A stretch of 63,087 nt of DNA, the filler included, from Octopus bimaculoides (Eukaryota): the NCBI RefSeq assembly GCF_001194135.2. It is 3 parts of 2 records of this genome, joined end to end, with 100 filler letters (N's around TTAATTAATTAA, not from the genome) between each part and the next. Parts side by side here need not be neighbours in the genome. Positions count along the whole stretch, not along the records: positions 1 to 27,562 come from NC_068989.1; 2 more parts are not named here. The stretch is one strand, 5' to 3'. The position numbers and the translations under genes are program-made. Positions 1 through 10,344 of this stretch are shown here, piece by piece. Numbering within the stretch: position 1 is the first letter of the stretch; every line of letters begins with the position of its first letter. Below the pieces are notes generated by a model that searched no databases, was not told the origin of the DNA, and saw nothing but the letters and a program-made list of their open reading frames with translations.

Positions 1-116
1 GCTCGAAATGGTGTCTTTTATGTGCCACCCACACAAGCCAGTCCAGGGGCACTGGCAACGATCTTACTTGGCTTGCCGGGTCTTCTCACGCACAGCACAT
101 TTCCAAAGGTCTCGGT
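1..116 (-). mobile_element. RTE-clade LINE fragment: ORF C-terminus (RDLWKCAVREKTRQAK) and start of the 3' UTR
   Basis: The reverse complement is homologous to 3895-3946 and carries the DR..WR..V motif. Confidence 0.65.
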
Positions 117-117
117 C

Positions 118-165
<48 letters not shown>

Positions 166-557
166 TTCTGCTGCTTTTAAATAAAGTATATATATATATA
201 TGTATGTATGTATATAATATACTCCAAGAAAGTTAGGGGTTGTGAATCCAACCCACTAAGGGATAATATCTATCCAATATTGAGGCATGTCACTTCTAGG
301 CTGAAACAGCTGTAAGACATTGTCCCTTCTTCGGTCACTAGATGTCCTTTTTAATTTTTAATTACTGATATGTCATATGTGTTTGTATATTGTATTTATT
401 GTCCTCTTAGTTGAAAAATAAACAGGTAAATTGACATAATACAATGTCTGCNNNNNNNNNNTATATAATATATATGTGTGTATGTGTAAAAACTTCCTGT
501 TTCTTTGTGTATGATCGGTGGGGAGACATCTGATGTCTGAGCCGTTGTTATTTGCAG

Positions 558-695
558 GCAGGACAGTCGCAATCGTGAAAGGCGTCGAAACAGAAGTCGC
601 AGCAAGGAACGACATCGCAGCCGAAGCAGAGAACGGCCGAAGGCAAAGCGGCACAAAGAGCAGATCCACAAGAGTAAAGATAAAATCAAAGAAGA
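558..695 (+). CDS. DDX23: DDX23/Prp28 exon, N-terminal RS-rich region (QDSRNRERRRNRSRSKERHRSRSRERPKAKRHKEQIHKSKDKIKE)
   Basis: ttgcag acceptor at 557 (alternative cag at 561) and GA|gtaagt donor at 696. Phase 2 matches the next exon (GA+G). The frame differs from the listed 518..769 ORF. No start codon exon was found upstream. Confidence 0.8.
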
Positions 696-877
696 GTAAG
701 TTGCTGCCTGTCTTGTTGTTGGGTGGTGGTCTTTTAACCATTCTCTATTTTTTTTCAGGATATATTTGATGGCATAAAAGATGCTTGCTCATATTAGGTG
801 CAGTCATATTAGATGCATACTTCCAATTTCAGCAGTGTATAATCAAGATAAAGAATGTTTTTAGTGCATTAAAGCAC

Positions 878-1015
878 TCTCTAAGGTGGTTGGCATTAGG
901 AAGGGCATTGAGTTGTTGAAACCATGCCAAGACCTGGTGTGGCCCCTACACTTGCCAGCTCGTCAGACCATCCAACCCATGTCAATAGGGAAAACAAATG
1001 ATAAATGATGATGAA
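878..1015 (+). mobile_element. Retroposon 3' tail, (ATG)n-ending family (probably RTE-related)
   Basis: GGTTGGCATTAGGAAGGGCAT...CCAACCCATG...ATGATGATG, shared with copies at 4794-4970, 5050-5226, 7545-7720, 9783-9925 and 12365-12600. Confidence 0.7.
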
Positions 1016-1327
1016 AGCATCTAATATTTTGAGTAACTTCACATGTAGGCCCCAGGATGATATTTTTTTATTGAAAAAAATGTGTCTTATGTGTCATCGA
1101 ATATGGTATGTCCAGGATTTTTTTTTTTAAAGGAATTGGAGTTTGACTTGAGGGTGATTTGGCTGATATTTCTTGCAGGTCAAATAAACATTGAATGTTT
1201 TCTTCCTTTTAGTTGTTTTCGTTATTGTTATTTAACCCCAGGTTGGCGCTTGTGGAGTAGATCTATGATCAAAGATGTTTTAGTCATGATCATGTTGTCT
1301 TATTTCTGTATTTTAGATATCTAGGAT

Positions 1328-1451
1328 CTTTTGTTTCAGTCGTTAGACTGCAGCCATGTTGAGCCACTGTTGTGAAAAGTTTAGTTAAACAAATTGACCC
1401 CAGTAAACAAACCAACATAAATTGTCAAGTACTGGTGGAGGGGAGGGCCAA

Positions 1452-1484
<33 letters not shown>

Positions 1485-1656
1485 CATGCGCGCACACAAA
1501 CACACATGACAAGCTATTTTTCAGTTTCCATCTACAAAATCCACTCACAAGGCTTTGGTTACTCTGAGGCTATAGCAGAAGATACTCAAGGTGCCACAGA
1601 GTAGGACTGAACCCAGAACCATGTAGTTGAGAAGCAAACTTCTTATCACAGCCATG
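1328..1656 (-). mobile_element. tRNA-derived SINE family C (head GTGGCTGTGTGGTAAG..., internal TA/CA microsatellite)
   Basis: Homologous to the full-length copy at 17131-17516. Confidence 0.8.
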
Positions 1657-2045
1657 CCTGTGCCTACCTGGTACACCTAGGACTGACCTACCCAATGTGT
1701 TCTTTACCCCTTTTAAAACCATTTTGTTATTAAAATACACTAACTTTGATTCTCTTAATTTTGATATTAACGAAAAGTTTGTAAAATAACTTTTGCCATT
1801 ATTAAGATGGTCTTCAAAACAAATTAACAAATTAACAAATTAATTTTGACAAAAGTATTCAATTCAAATCATTTTAAAACCTAAAATTTGCATCATTGAT
1901 CCAGGAGCAGTCATAGGTGGGTTGATATCAAAGGTTTAAGATAGTAGAATGTGAGCTGAGCGAAATTTGATGCGCGCGCGCGCGCACGTTAAGTTTTGAC
2001 CTTAATCTTGTGAGTAATACCTTGTTTCTATCATTCCATTGTCAG

Positions 2046-2136
2046 GAGGAAAGGCAAAACTGCACCTGCAAAAGTGCCTTTATCTTTGGAGGAGTTATTG
2101 GCAAAGAAGAAAGCTGAAGAGGAAGCTTTGAGCAAA
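2046..2136 (+). CDS. DDX23: DDX23 exon (RKGKTAPAKVPLSLEELLAKKKAEEEALSK)
   Basis: tgtcag acceptor and gtaagg donor. PLSLEELLAKKKAEEEA is the conserved DDX23 N-terminal motif. Confidence 0.93.
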
Positions 2137-2520
2137 GTAAGGTGGACCTTCGACAATTCCTGTCTGACATTGTTGATGTTGATATTTTTCTTGTTGCTGT
2201 TGTATAAATGAGTTCTTCAGGGATTGGGAAGCATCGACATAAGACATTCCCAATGGCTTTAGAGCATAGGTTAAGTGGGTGCTACCACTCCCCCACTCCC
2301 GGTGGGTGTTGAGAGGGTCCAGGTGGGCGCCGGTGCCTAAGGGGACAGCAGAGAAAAAGGAGGCATTGGAAGGAAGGTAGTGGATTGGGGGACGCTATGA
2401 ATTTATTATAATATTATTATAGTATTGTATACAAATTGTATAATATTATATTAAATATCAAATGATTCATAGTATATATAAATTAGTAAAATATAAAATG
2501 TTTATTTATACATAAAAATA

Positions 2521-2599
2521 GGGGTGGGGGCACTGAGGGTATTATGTGGCCATGAGGGGTTGGGGGGGGGCGATGGCCCAAAAAGTTTGAGAACCTCTG
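2521..2599 (-). mobile_element. hAT/Charlie-type DNA transposon terminus (CAGAGGTTCTCAAACTTTTT)
   Basis: TIR motif similar to CAGTGGTTCTCAAAC at 8606. The partner TIR was not located. Confidence 0.45.
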
Positions 2600-2899
2600 G
2601 TTAAGAGTGAACAAAATTACTACAACCAAGAATTGAACTTGGTCCATTGATCTAGATTCCCAGGGGTCACTTGTGCATATATGTGCATATATATNNNNNN
2701 NNNNTATTTATACATAAAAATAGGGGTGGGGGCACTGAGGGTATTATGTGGCCATGAGGGGTTGGGGGGGGGCGATGGCCCAAAAAGTTTGAGAACCTCT
2801 GGTTAAGAGTGAACAAAATTACTACAACCAAGAATTGAACTTGGTCCATTGATCTAGATTCCCAGGGGTCACTTGTGCATATATGTGCATATATATGCA

Positions 2900-3165
2900 C
2901 AAGTGTCCCCTGTGTGTGTGAATGTGTGTATGTTTGTGTCTCCTTGCCTTGATATTGTATGACAGTTGTAAATGAGTCTCCCTGCTGTACAAGCAGTATC
3001 ATTCATGTCCAATATTCTGTGTAAACATGTCTGGCCATGAGGAAATATTACCTTGTTTGGAAACAGGTGAGGGTTTGTGACAGGAAGGGCATCTTAGTGT
3101 AGAAAAGTTGTACCCTGGTCTATTCAGTTAAAATCAAGTATAAAATAGTGTGACTTACGCATGAG
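2900..3165 (+). repeat. Interspersed repeat family F (also 6866-7075 and 7770-7890)
   Basis: The shared core GACAGTTGTAAATGAGTC...GGGGAAATATTACCTT.CTTGGAAAC occurs in three intronic copies. Confidence 0.7.
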
Positions 3166-3178
3166 CAAATATGGGAAA

Positions 3179-3501
3179 TATAGGGTGTTCAAAAAAATCT
3201 CTCTGCAGTGAGACTTTTCAAGAGTTTATCGGTGAATGGATTATTTCGAAGGGACTTTGGTCACCAAGATTACCTGAATTAACGCTGCGAGACTTTTTTT
3301 TTTTCCTGGGGAGCAAGTAAAGGATCAGTGTACAAGAATTGCCTGAAAACCATTAATGAGTTAAAAGACGCAATCATAACCTTCACACGGTCCATACCGC
3401 GTCAGACTCTCCAAGATGCATCAGACTCTCCAAGATGCATCAGACTCTCCAAGATGTATTTCAAAACATGTGTAGAAGAGTCAACTTATATATTGAAAAT
3501 G
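3179..3501 (+). mobile_element. Internally deleted Tc1/mariner element with transposase C-terminal remnant
   Basis: TATAGGGTGTTC TIR-like start. Frameshifted peptides WSPRLPELT.RDFF, VKDQVYKNCLKTINELKDAI and NMCRRVNLYIEN resemble WPPRSPDL..CDFFLWG..K..VY. Confidence 0.75.
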
Positions 3502-3713
3502 NNNNNNNNNNNNNNNNNNNNNNNNNNNNNNNNNNNNNNNNNNNNNNNNNNNNNNNNNNNNNNNNNNNNNNNNNNNNNNNNNNNNNNNNNNNNNNNNNNN
3601 NNNNNNNNNNNNNNNNNNNNNNNNNNNNNNNNNNNNNNNNNNNNNNNNNNNNNNNNNNNNNNNNNNNNNNNNNNNNNNNNNNNNNNNNNNNNNNNNNNNN
3701 NNNNNNNNNNNNN

Positions 3714-3742
3714 ATTCTTGAGGCATGCTCGAGGTGATTCAG
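3714..3742 (+). CDS. DDX23: Probable 3' end of a DDX23 exon (FLRHARGDS-G); its 5' part is in the N-gap 3502-3713
   Basis: The conserved PKFL..EER..ALKRRQ segment expected after ALSK is absent elsewhere. An open frame emerges from the gap and ends at tcaG|gtaatc in phase 1, which is compatible with the next candidate exon. Confidence 0.5.
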
Positions 3743-3796
3743 GTAATCAAGGATTTTTTTTTTTTATATTCCAAACTTTTCTTCTCCCAAACAGTT

Positions 3797-3946
3797 GAAG
3801 GAATCCAGGGTAGAGGGAGACCCAGGAAGGCATGGGATGAGGTGGTCAAGCATGACCTTTGAATGTTGGGCCTCACAGAGGCAATGGCAAGAGACCGAGA
3901 CCTCTGGAGGTATGCTGTGACTGAGAAGACCCGGCAAATAAAGTGA
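3797..3946 (+). mobile_element. RTE-clade LINE ORF C-terminus (GRGRPRKAWDEVVKHDL*MLGLTEAMARDRDLWRYAV)
   Basis: Diagnostic RGRP..W and DR..WR..V motifs, with one in-frame stop. Confidence 0.8.
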
Positions 3947-3967
3947 GTTCACAGCTGTAACCTACAG

Positions 3968-4360
3968 CATGTCCCTTGATGGCTGACACTGTGCGTCTTT
4001 GATCACGAACAGAAGTAGTGGGGGAGCATCATAGCCATGTGTTGAGGGGAATTCTTTGGGGTTTGGATAATTCATCTCTAGAAATATGGGTGTTTTATTC
4101 AACATCCTTAAACAACCCTTATTCAGGGACTATTTGAGTTAGATAGATTACTTGACCTGAAGAAAATTTTAACTGGACCCCCACCTGCAAGGTCATGCAC
4201 TATTTATCTTGATATGAAATCACCATGTCGCACACATATGGTTGTGATGCATGTGCCTGGTGTACCCTTATCAGACGGGTAGTCATGATGGGTATTCTAT
4301 AGGGTTTCGTTTATTTGTACTCCAGCGTCATTTTGATGGCATGCACTGCTCTCTCACTCA
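3968..4360 (+). repeat. Interspersed repeat of about 390 nt; a second copy at 13720-14130 ends in (AAT)n
   Basis: Two collinear, highly similar copies in different DDX23 introns. Probably a non-LTR retroposon 3' end. Confidence 0.8.
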
Positions 4361-4559
4361 GTAATCATAATTGTTTCTACCATTAATTGTAACTGCTTCT
4401 AGAATATAAAAGAATTGGAAGAAATACTGCAAAGCAATTTGAAGACATTATTGATTCTGCCAGCTCAGGCAAGCATAAGGATTTTGTTTCTTTTTCTTGT
4501 ATCAGGTCACAAAAAGTCATTTGGGAAACTGCCTGCAGCATTTAGCCGTGTATTTTCAG

Positions 4560-4577
4560 AAAAAGATCTCGATAATG
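4560..4577 (+). CDS. DDX23: Candidate 18-nt DDX23 micro-exon (E-KDLDN-G); an alternative in-frame acceptor at 4505 gives a 72-nt exon
   Basis: ttttcag acceptor and G|gtgagt donor. Phase 1-1 fits the flanking exons. Confidence 0.5.
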
Positions 4578-5405
4578 GTGAGTGAGTTTTATGATTTTTT
4601 TAAGTTGCCTTTCTCCACCTTCACCCCCTCCCCTTGTCATTTTACTACTCAGAGTGTTGCTACATTTAGCTTTGCAATTGGCTCACGTGTGGTTTACTTT
4701 TCCCATTTGCAATGTTGAAGCTGCTTCTTTCCTATTAAGTACTCTAACCTTAGTTAACCTTTCCTGACTGCCTAATGAAATACTGTTTACCATCATCATC
4801 ATCATAGTTTAACATCTGTTTTCCATGCTGGTATGGGTTGTATGGGAGCTGACCAGCCAGAGGACTGTGCTAAGCTCCACTCTCTGTTTATATGACTGGA
4901 TGCCATTTCTAACACCAGCCATTTCACAAAGAGTGCACTTGGCACTTTTTATGTGGCACTGACACTAGTTGTGCCACCAATTGTCCTGCAAGACAAGACC
5001 CCTCAACTGAGATGGGTGTAGTATTTGGATTATGTACTGATTGATTTTAAGCACCCGGTGGGTGTCACATAAAAGTGTCTGTGTGGCATCATGTAGGCAT
5101 CATGTAAAAGTGTCTGTGAGGTGCCATGCAAAGCACCTATGAGGTGCCATGTAAAAGCACCCATGGTCACACTGTCCAACCCATGCCAGCATGGACAACA
5201 GACATCAAATGGTGATGATGATGATGAATTTTGGAAAGATTTAGTAACTAACATTGTCAATTTTAATCTGGAGTTTATGTAATATATCGGATATCATGAA
5301 GATATCAAATATCATAGTGTATCAGATATAATATATCGGATAGCATGAAGATATCAAATATCATAGCGTATCAGATGTCATAAAGTTGAAATATTTTCTT
5401 TGTAG

Positions 5406-5521
5406 GCCGTGAGAAATATGACAAGGACAACAAACGGCGAGAACGCAAGGACAAAGAAGAAGAAGACCGCAATAAACTGCTGGACATGAAGGACAAAGAG
5501 AAAGAAGTGGAGGCTATTAAG
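5406..5521 (+). CDS. DDX23: DDX23 exon (REKYDKDNKRRERKDKEEEDRNKLLDMKDKEKEVEAIK)
   Basis: tgtag acceptor and gtgagt donor. The KDKEKE..AIK motif precedes ERYLG in orthologues. Confidence 0.92.
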
Positions 5522-5951
5522 GTGAGTCAGAATAAGAAGGTTCGGTAAATACCCACAAAACCCAGTCATCTTTCTTATATTTATTCCTTGATGCAGCTTA
5601 TTGTGGGGAATCTTCAGTTTTATGCCATTTTGAGTCTGTAGAATGGTGGGGTTTGATTGACATTTTTTTTTTTTTTTTTTTTTGTAGTTCAGTCATAGGA
5701 AGAAGGTGGAATGAAATGAGTGAATGCAAATGTTTCGGTGCTGATGATTAGGCATGCCGGACTGGGTATTGAACCTGGTTTGGCAACAGTGATCTGAAGG
5801 GCAAAAATACCCAGAATTCCTAATTCATGGGAATTGAATTGTAGATTAATTATTACTGATAGATCTTCCTCTAATTTCCTTGGATTTCTGATTTTTTTAC
5901 CCTAAATGTTTATCAGTTCATTTGCTTATTTTATTTGTTGTGTGTTTGCAG

Positions 5952-6128
5952 GAGCGATACCTTGGAATTATTAAGAAACGGCGCCGAGTTCGACGTCTCA
6001 ACGACAGAAAGTTTGTGTTTGACTGGGATGCAGGAGATGACACGTCCCAGGATTACAACCCCATCTACAAGGACAGGCATGCAGTGCAGTTCTTTGGCAG
6101 GGGCCATGTAGCCGGAATTGATCTCAAG
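5952..6128 (+). CDS. DDX23: DDX23 exon ([26 protein letters not shown]...GIDLK)
   Basis: ttgcag/gttttg boundaries, 59 codons. Near-identical to the DDX23 [21 protein letters not shown] segment. Confidence 0.97.
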
Positions 6129-6807
6129 GTTTTGCCACTCATTTATTTTGGTTTCTGTTTTTTTAGTTTTTGAATTTGGCTATTTTGCAGTAATACACCC
6201 CCCCCCCCCCCACACCCCTTTATATGTTGTGCTTTAAACTGCATCTGTTAGTGGGAACCCAGTTTGGGAGTTCAAGTGTTTTGAGTCACTTTTGTTTCCA
6301 AGACCACTCTGATTCAGAGTGGTAGCTCCTGTCAGGGTCCCAGTTATGGAACAAACTCAAAGTACAAACCCTCGGTGCCTTGTGAGTGCCTTAGGACAGG
6401 GGAAAGGCTAGGGGAGTCAACCTTGATAGGATATCAAGGAGTGAAGTCCTTTAGGAAGTCTGGTGCCCTCTTTGACACCCTTCTGGCAACTTCAGGCTGG
6501 GTGGAACTTTCTAGCCCTGGAGAAAGTGACTACAATGTAAAACCTACAGCTGGTCAGTCACTGCAGCTATCTTAGCTCACTGAGCCGCTTGCGACCAGAC
6601 CTCTAAGCCTAAAGAGTGGGATCAGATTGTGTGGTCTGATTCTCACTTTAAAAAGTACTAAATGCAGACACGAAGGAAAACCCTGCAGCAATGGAGACAA
6701 GATGCAAACAACAGGGACCGGATGGTACGGTTAGTTGCAGCCTCAACTCTGCATGCAGGTTTTGCTGTCCTTCTTTATTTTAAGACATGAAGAACTGCTA
6801 TCATGTA

Positions 6808-6865
<58 letters not shown>

Positions 6866-7178
6866 GGCATCATGTGACAGTTGTTAAGCATCACTGTCAT
6901 TCAAGTGATGCTGATGTTCAGTCTTCTGTGAAAACATCATCTGGCTTTGGGGAAATTACCTTACTTGGAAACGGGTGAAGGTTGACATTCACCTGTAGAA
7001 AATTCTACCTCAGCAAATTCTGTCTGACTCATGCAAGCATAGAAAAGTAGATGTTAAAACGATGATGATGATCAGGTGTTGATGTGCTTGACCAATGTCT
7101 CTGTATGTGTGTCTTTCTTTTTTTCTTTCCTTTTTGTGTTTCTTTACTGATGAGTTTTCACTGTTTTGCTATGTTTAG

Positions 7179-7258
7179 GCTCAGAAGAAGGACCAGTCCA
7201 AGTTTTATGGGGATCTCCTGGAAAGGAGGCGTACAGAAGCGGAGAAGGAACAAGAAAG
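7179..7258 (+). CDS. DDX23: DDX23 exon (AQKKDQSKFYGDLLERRRTEAEKEQE)
   Basis: tttag/gtttgt boundaries, phase 2 end. Matches QKREQSRFYGDLMEKRR of orthologues. Confidence 0.96.
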
Positions 7259-7887
7259 GTTTGTGTTTGCCCCAGTCTCCTTAACACTTAAAATGTGTGT
7301 CTACATACATAGATATATATTATGAACCCACCCTCTTTGATACTTTGTCCACTGCATAATATACACCTCCCTGTAACTCGGGTGGATGCTCTCCCACTCT
7401 CTATTACATCTTCACCATCTTTCTTTCTCCCTCTCTTCTCTCTCTCTCTCTCTCCATTCCCACTGCAAGACTCTTTTTTCTGTTTCTCAATACTACTCCC
7501 ACTTCAGCTGAGAGGTCATGTCTGGCAAGTTATTGACTTCACTGATGCTGGTGCCACATAAAAAGCACCCGGGTACATTCTGTAAAGTGGTTGGCATTAG
7601 GAAGGGCACCCAGCTTTAGAAACCATGCCAAAGCAGACAGCAGTACTTGGTGCAGTCTTCTAACTTGCCAGTACCTGTCAAACAGTCCAACACATGCCAG
7701 CATAGAAAACGGATCTTAAATATTGAGGACACATACATACACCCACACATATATAAGCATGCACACACACGTATGTGATATAGCATGGCAGTTGTAAATG
7801 AGTCACTGTAAGACAAGAAGTGTCATCCATTTTTCAATATTTTGCAAGAAAATGTCTGGTTGGGGAGAAATATTACCTCGCTTGGAA

Positions 7888-8113
7888 AGAGGCTGAAAAG
7901 TAGGTTTACAGTTATTCAACTATCTCTTTCACATTCATATATTAACAGTTTAGATCTTAATTATAAAAAGATATGAAACCATAATTCTATGCCAATTTAC
8001 TTAATTGTAAGATAGAAATTTAAGTGTAACAAAATGTTTTAAAAGACATTCGTTTTAAAAGAAATTTAAAGTGCCTACAGGATAACTGTAAACCTACTTT
8101 TGGGCCACCCTAT
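7888..8113. mobile_element. Tc1/mariner-type MITE
   Basis: 19-bp perfect inverted repeat AAAAGTAGGTTTACAGTTA (7896-7914 vs 8083-8101). The right end is GGGCCACCCTATA. Confidence 0.7.
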
Positions 8114-8315
8114 ATATNNNNNNNNNNNNNNNNNNNNNNNNNNNNNNNNNNNNNNNNNNNNNNNNNNNNNNNNNNNNNNNNNNNNNNNNNNNNNNNNNNN
8201 NNNNNNNNNNNNNNNNNACCATGTGGTTGAGCTACCAAGTTCTTAACCATACATCCATTCTGGTACCTATTGAACAACTTGTTTCATTGCTCTTATTTCC
8301 TATCTGATTATTCAG

Positions 8316-8541
8316 GAAACGTTTGAAGAACGTAGCAAAGAAAGAGGCCAAACAGAAGTGGGATGACCGACATTGGTCAGAGAAGGACTCGCAGCAGATG
8401 CAGGAACGTGATTGGCGTATATTCAAGGAAGATTACAACATCACTTGTAAAGGTGGTCGGATCCCACATCCAATTCGATTCTGGCAAGAATCAATATTGG
8501 CCAAAGAAATCCTGGATATCATTGACAGTGTTGGCTACAAA
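8316..8541 (+). CDS. DDX23: DDX23 exon ([20 protein letters not shown]...[10 protein letters not shown]...VGYK)
   Basis: ttcag/gtaagt boundaries. Contains the conserved WDDRHW and RDWRIF motifs. Confidence 0.97.
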
Positions 8542-8875
8542 GTAAGTTTTGTCTTCTTTCCTTTTTAATGAGGGGTGGGCATGTCAGTGGAATACGAGTG
8601 TAAAGCAGTGGTTCTCAAACTTTTTAATATCTGAGCCATGTAATGTGTATGAATGAAGGCAGTTGCATCAAGAGGTGCCAATCTCAAATGGTAGAGGGAC
8701 ACCCTCGATATCGTTATGATTTATTAATATATTTAATTTGGAAAAGTTATTTACTGTGTGTATTAATAATTTTGATTTTTGTTAGAGTATTTAGGAAAAT
8801 AATATTTGATTTATAAAGTACAAAAGATAGTTTTTTACATTTGATGGATATTTGTCCTCATCTTGTTTGTTGTTA

Positions 8876-8920
8876 GCACAACATTTCGGCTTATATACCC
8901 ACCAGCCTTCATCAGGTGTC
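8876..8920 (-). ncRNA. Minimal type I hammerhead ribozyme motif (slightly decayed) inside a repeat
   Basis: Minus strand reads GACAC-CTGATGA-A-GGCT(12 nt)AGCC-GAAA-TGTT-GTGC. Confidence 0.55.
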
Positions 8921-8980
8921 CTGGGGAAATTTCACACCTGGGTTCTCATTCCTAAGGTATTTTTCGATATTATTATTATG

Positions 8981-9059
8981 GCATAGTGGTTAAGAGCGTG
9001 GGCTACTAACCCCAAGATTCCGAGTTCGAATCCAGGCAGTGACCTGAAAGAAAAAAGAA

Positions 9060-9100
<41 letters not shown>

Positions 9101-9143
9101 CAAGAAGAAGAAGAAGAAGAAGAGCAGCAACAACAACAACAAC
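8981..9143 (+). mobile_element. Short tRNA-derived SINE head (family D) with AAT/AAG/AAC tail
   Basis: A box (GGCATAGTGG) and B box (GAGTTCGAATCC), with no acceptor stem closure. Confidence 0.7.
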
Positions 9144-9317
9144 GGTGGCGGTACCCCCATCCTCAGTCTTTGAAAAGTGTATGGCACCCCCATTCCCATG
9201 TGTGCCATTTACTTTTGTCCACAAATGTATATTGTAGTGTTTGTTATGTAGGTTTCTCTTTTAAGTTGTATTTCCCTTCTAACTAGCATTTAAAAAACAA
9301 GCAATTTTCTTTCATAG

Positions 9318-9518
<201 letters not shown>

Positions 9519-10166
9519 TAAACCTTTCCTAGCCCTATTTCTAACAAAAATACATTATTTATGTAAGCCAGTTGATTCAAGATGATGAAGTCTTTTGAAA
9601 AGAATTTAACAAAATAACTGTTTTTTTTTCTCTACTTATGGTTGTGTGGTTAAGAAGTTCGCTCTCCAGCCAAGTGGTCACAGGTTCAGTTCTGCTGTGT
9701 AGCACATTGAGCAAGTGTCTTCTACTGTGACTTCAGGCTCACCAGAGCCTTATGAGTGAGTTTGATAGATGGAAACTGTAAAGTGGTTGGTGTTAGGAAG
9801 TACATCCAGCCATAGAAACCATGCCAAAACAGACAAGTGGAGTCTGGTGCAGCTCTTCATCTGACTAGCTCCTGTCAAACTGTCCAACCCATGCCAGCAT
9901 GGAAAGCAGACATTAAATGATAATGAACTGGCAATTATTTCTTTGATACCATTCTTGAAACTTGGTAAAAGACTTGTATTTGAAAAGAACTTTCTCTGTT
10001 GAATTTTATTGAATGTTAGCATGGAAAAAGAAAAGTAAAATGGATGTAAAATGAACAGATTTTAGATTTGGTTGACTTTTATCTCTGTTGTTAACTTGTG
10101 TTCAGTGAGCCATTGTTGAATGCAGGAATGTTAAATGCTGATGTTGGAAAACTCTTTTGGTTTCAG

Positions 10167-10344
10167 AATGGAAGATGCCGACCAGGGACCATATGCCATT
10201 ATCTTAGCTCCAACCAGAGAATTGGCACAACAGATTGAAGAAGAGACTATCAAGTTTGGAACTGCCTTAGGAATTCGTACAGTTGCTGTCATTGGAGGTA
10301 TATCTCGAGAGGAGCAAGGTTTCAAGTTACGACAAGGCTGTGAA
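10167..10344 (+). CDS. DDX23: DDX23 exon with motif Ia ([10 protein letters not shown]) and GG doublet
   Basis: tttcag/gtaagt boundaries, 1+59 codons. Confidence 0.98.

Noticed and set aside
518-769. Listed 83-aa ORF as a gene
   Set aside because: Wrong frame. The real coding content is the RS-rich DDX23 exon 558-695.
2503-2896. 192-bp direct duplication (2503-2694 and 2705-2896)
   Set aside because: Identical copies on either side of a 10-N gap, typical of unmerged contig overlap. Assembly artefact.
3402-3458. Short direct-repeat arrays (also 19511-19570 and 34158-34210) as CRISPR-like
   Set aside because: Contiguous tandem units with no spacers, in a eukaryotic context with no cas genes.
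8981-9047. tRNA gene (apparent ACT anticodon); likewise heads at 15351-15425 and 40225-40297
   Set aside because: A/B boxes are present but there is no closed cloverleaf or acceptor stem, and they run into SINE bodies. These are tRNA-derived SINE heads.
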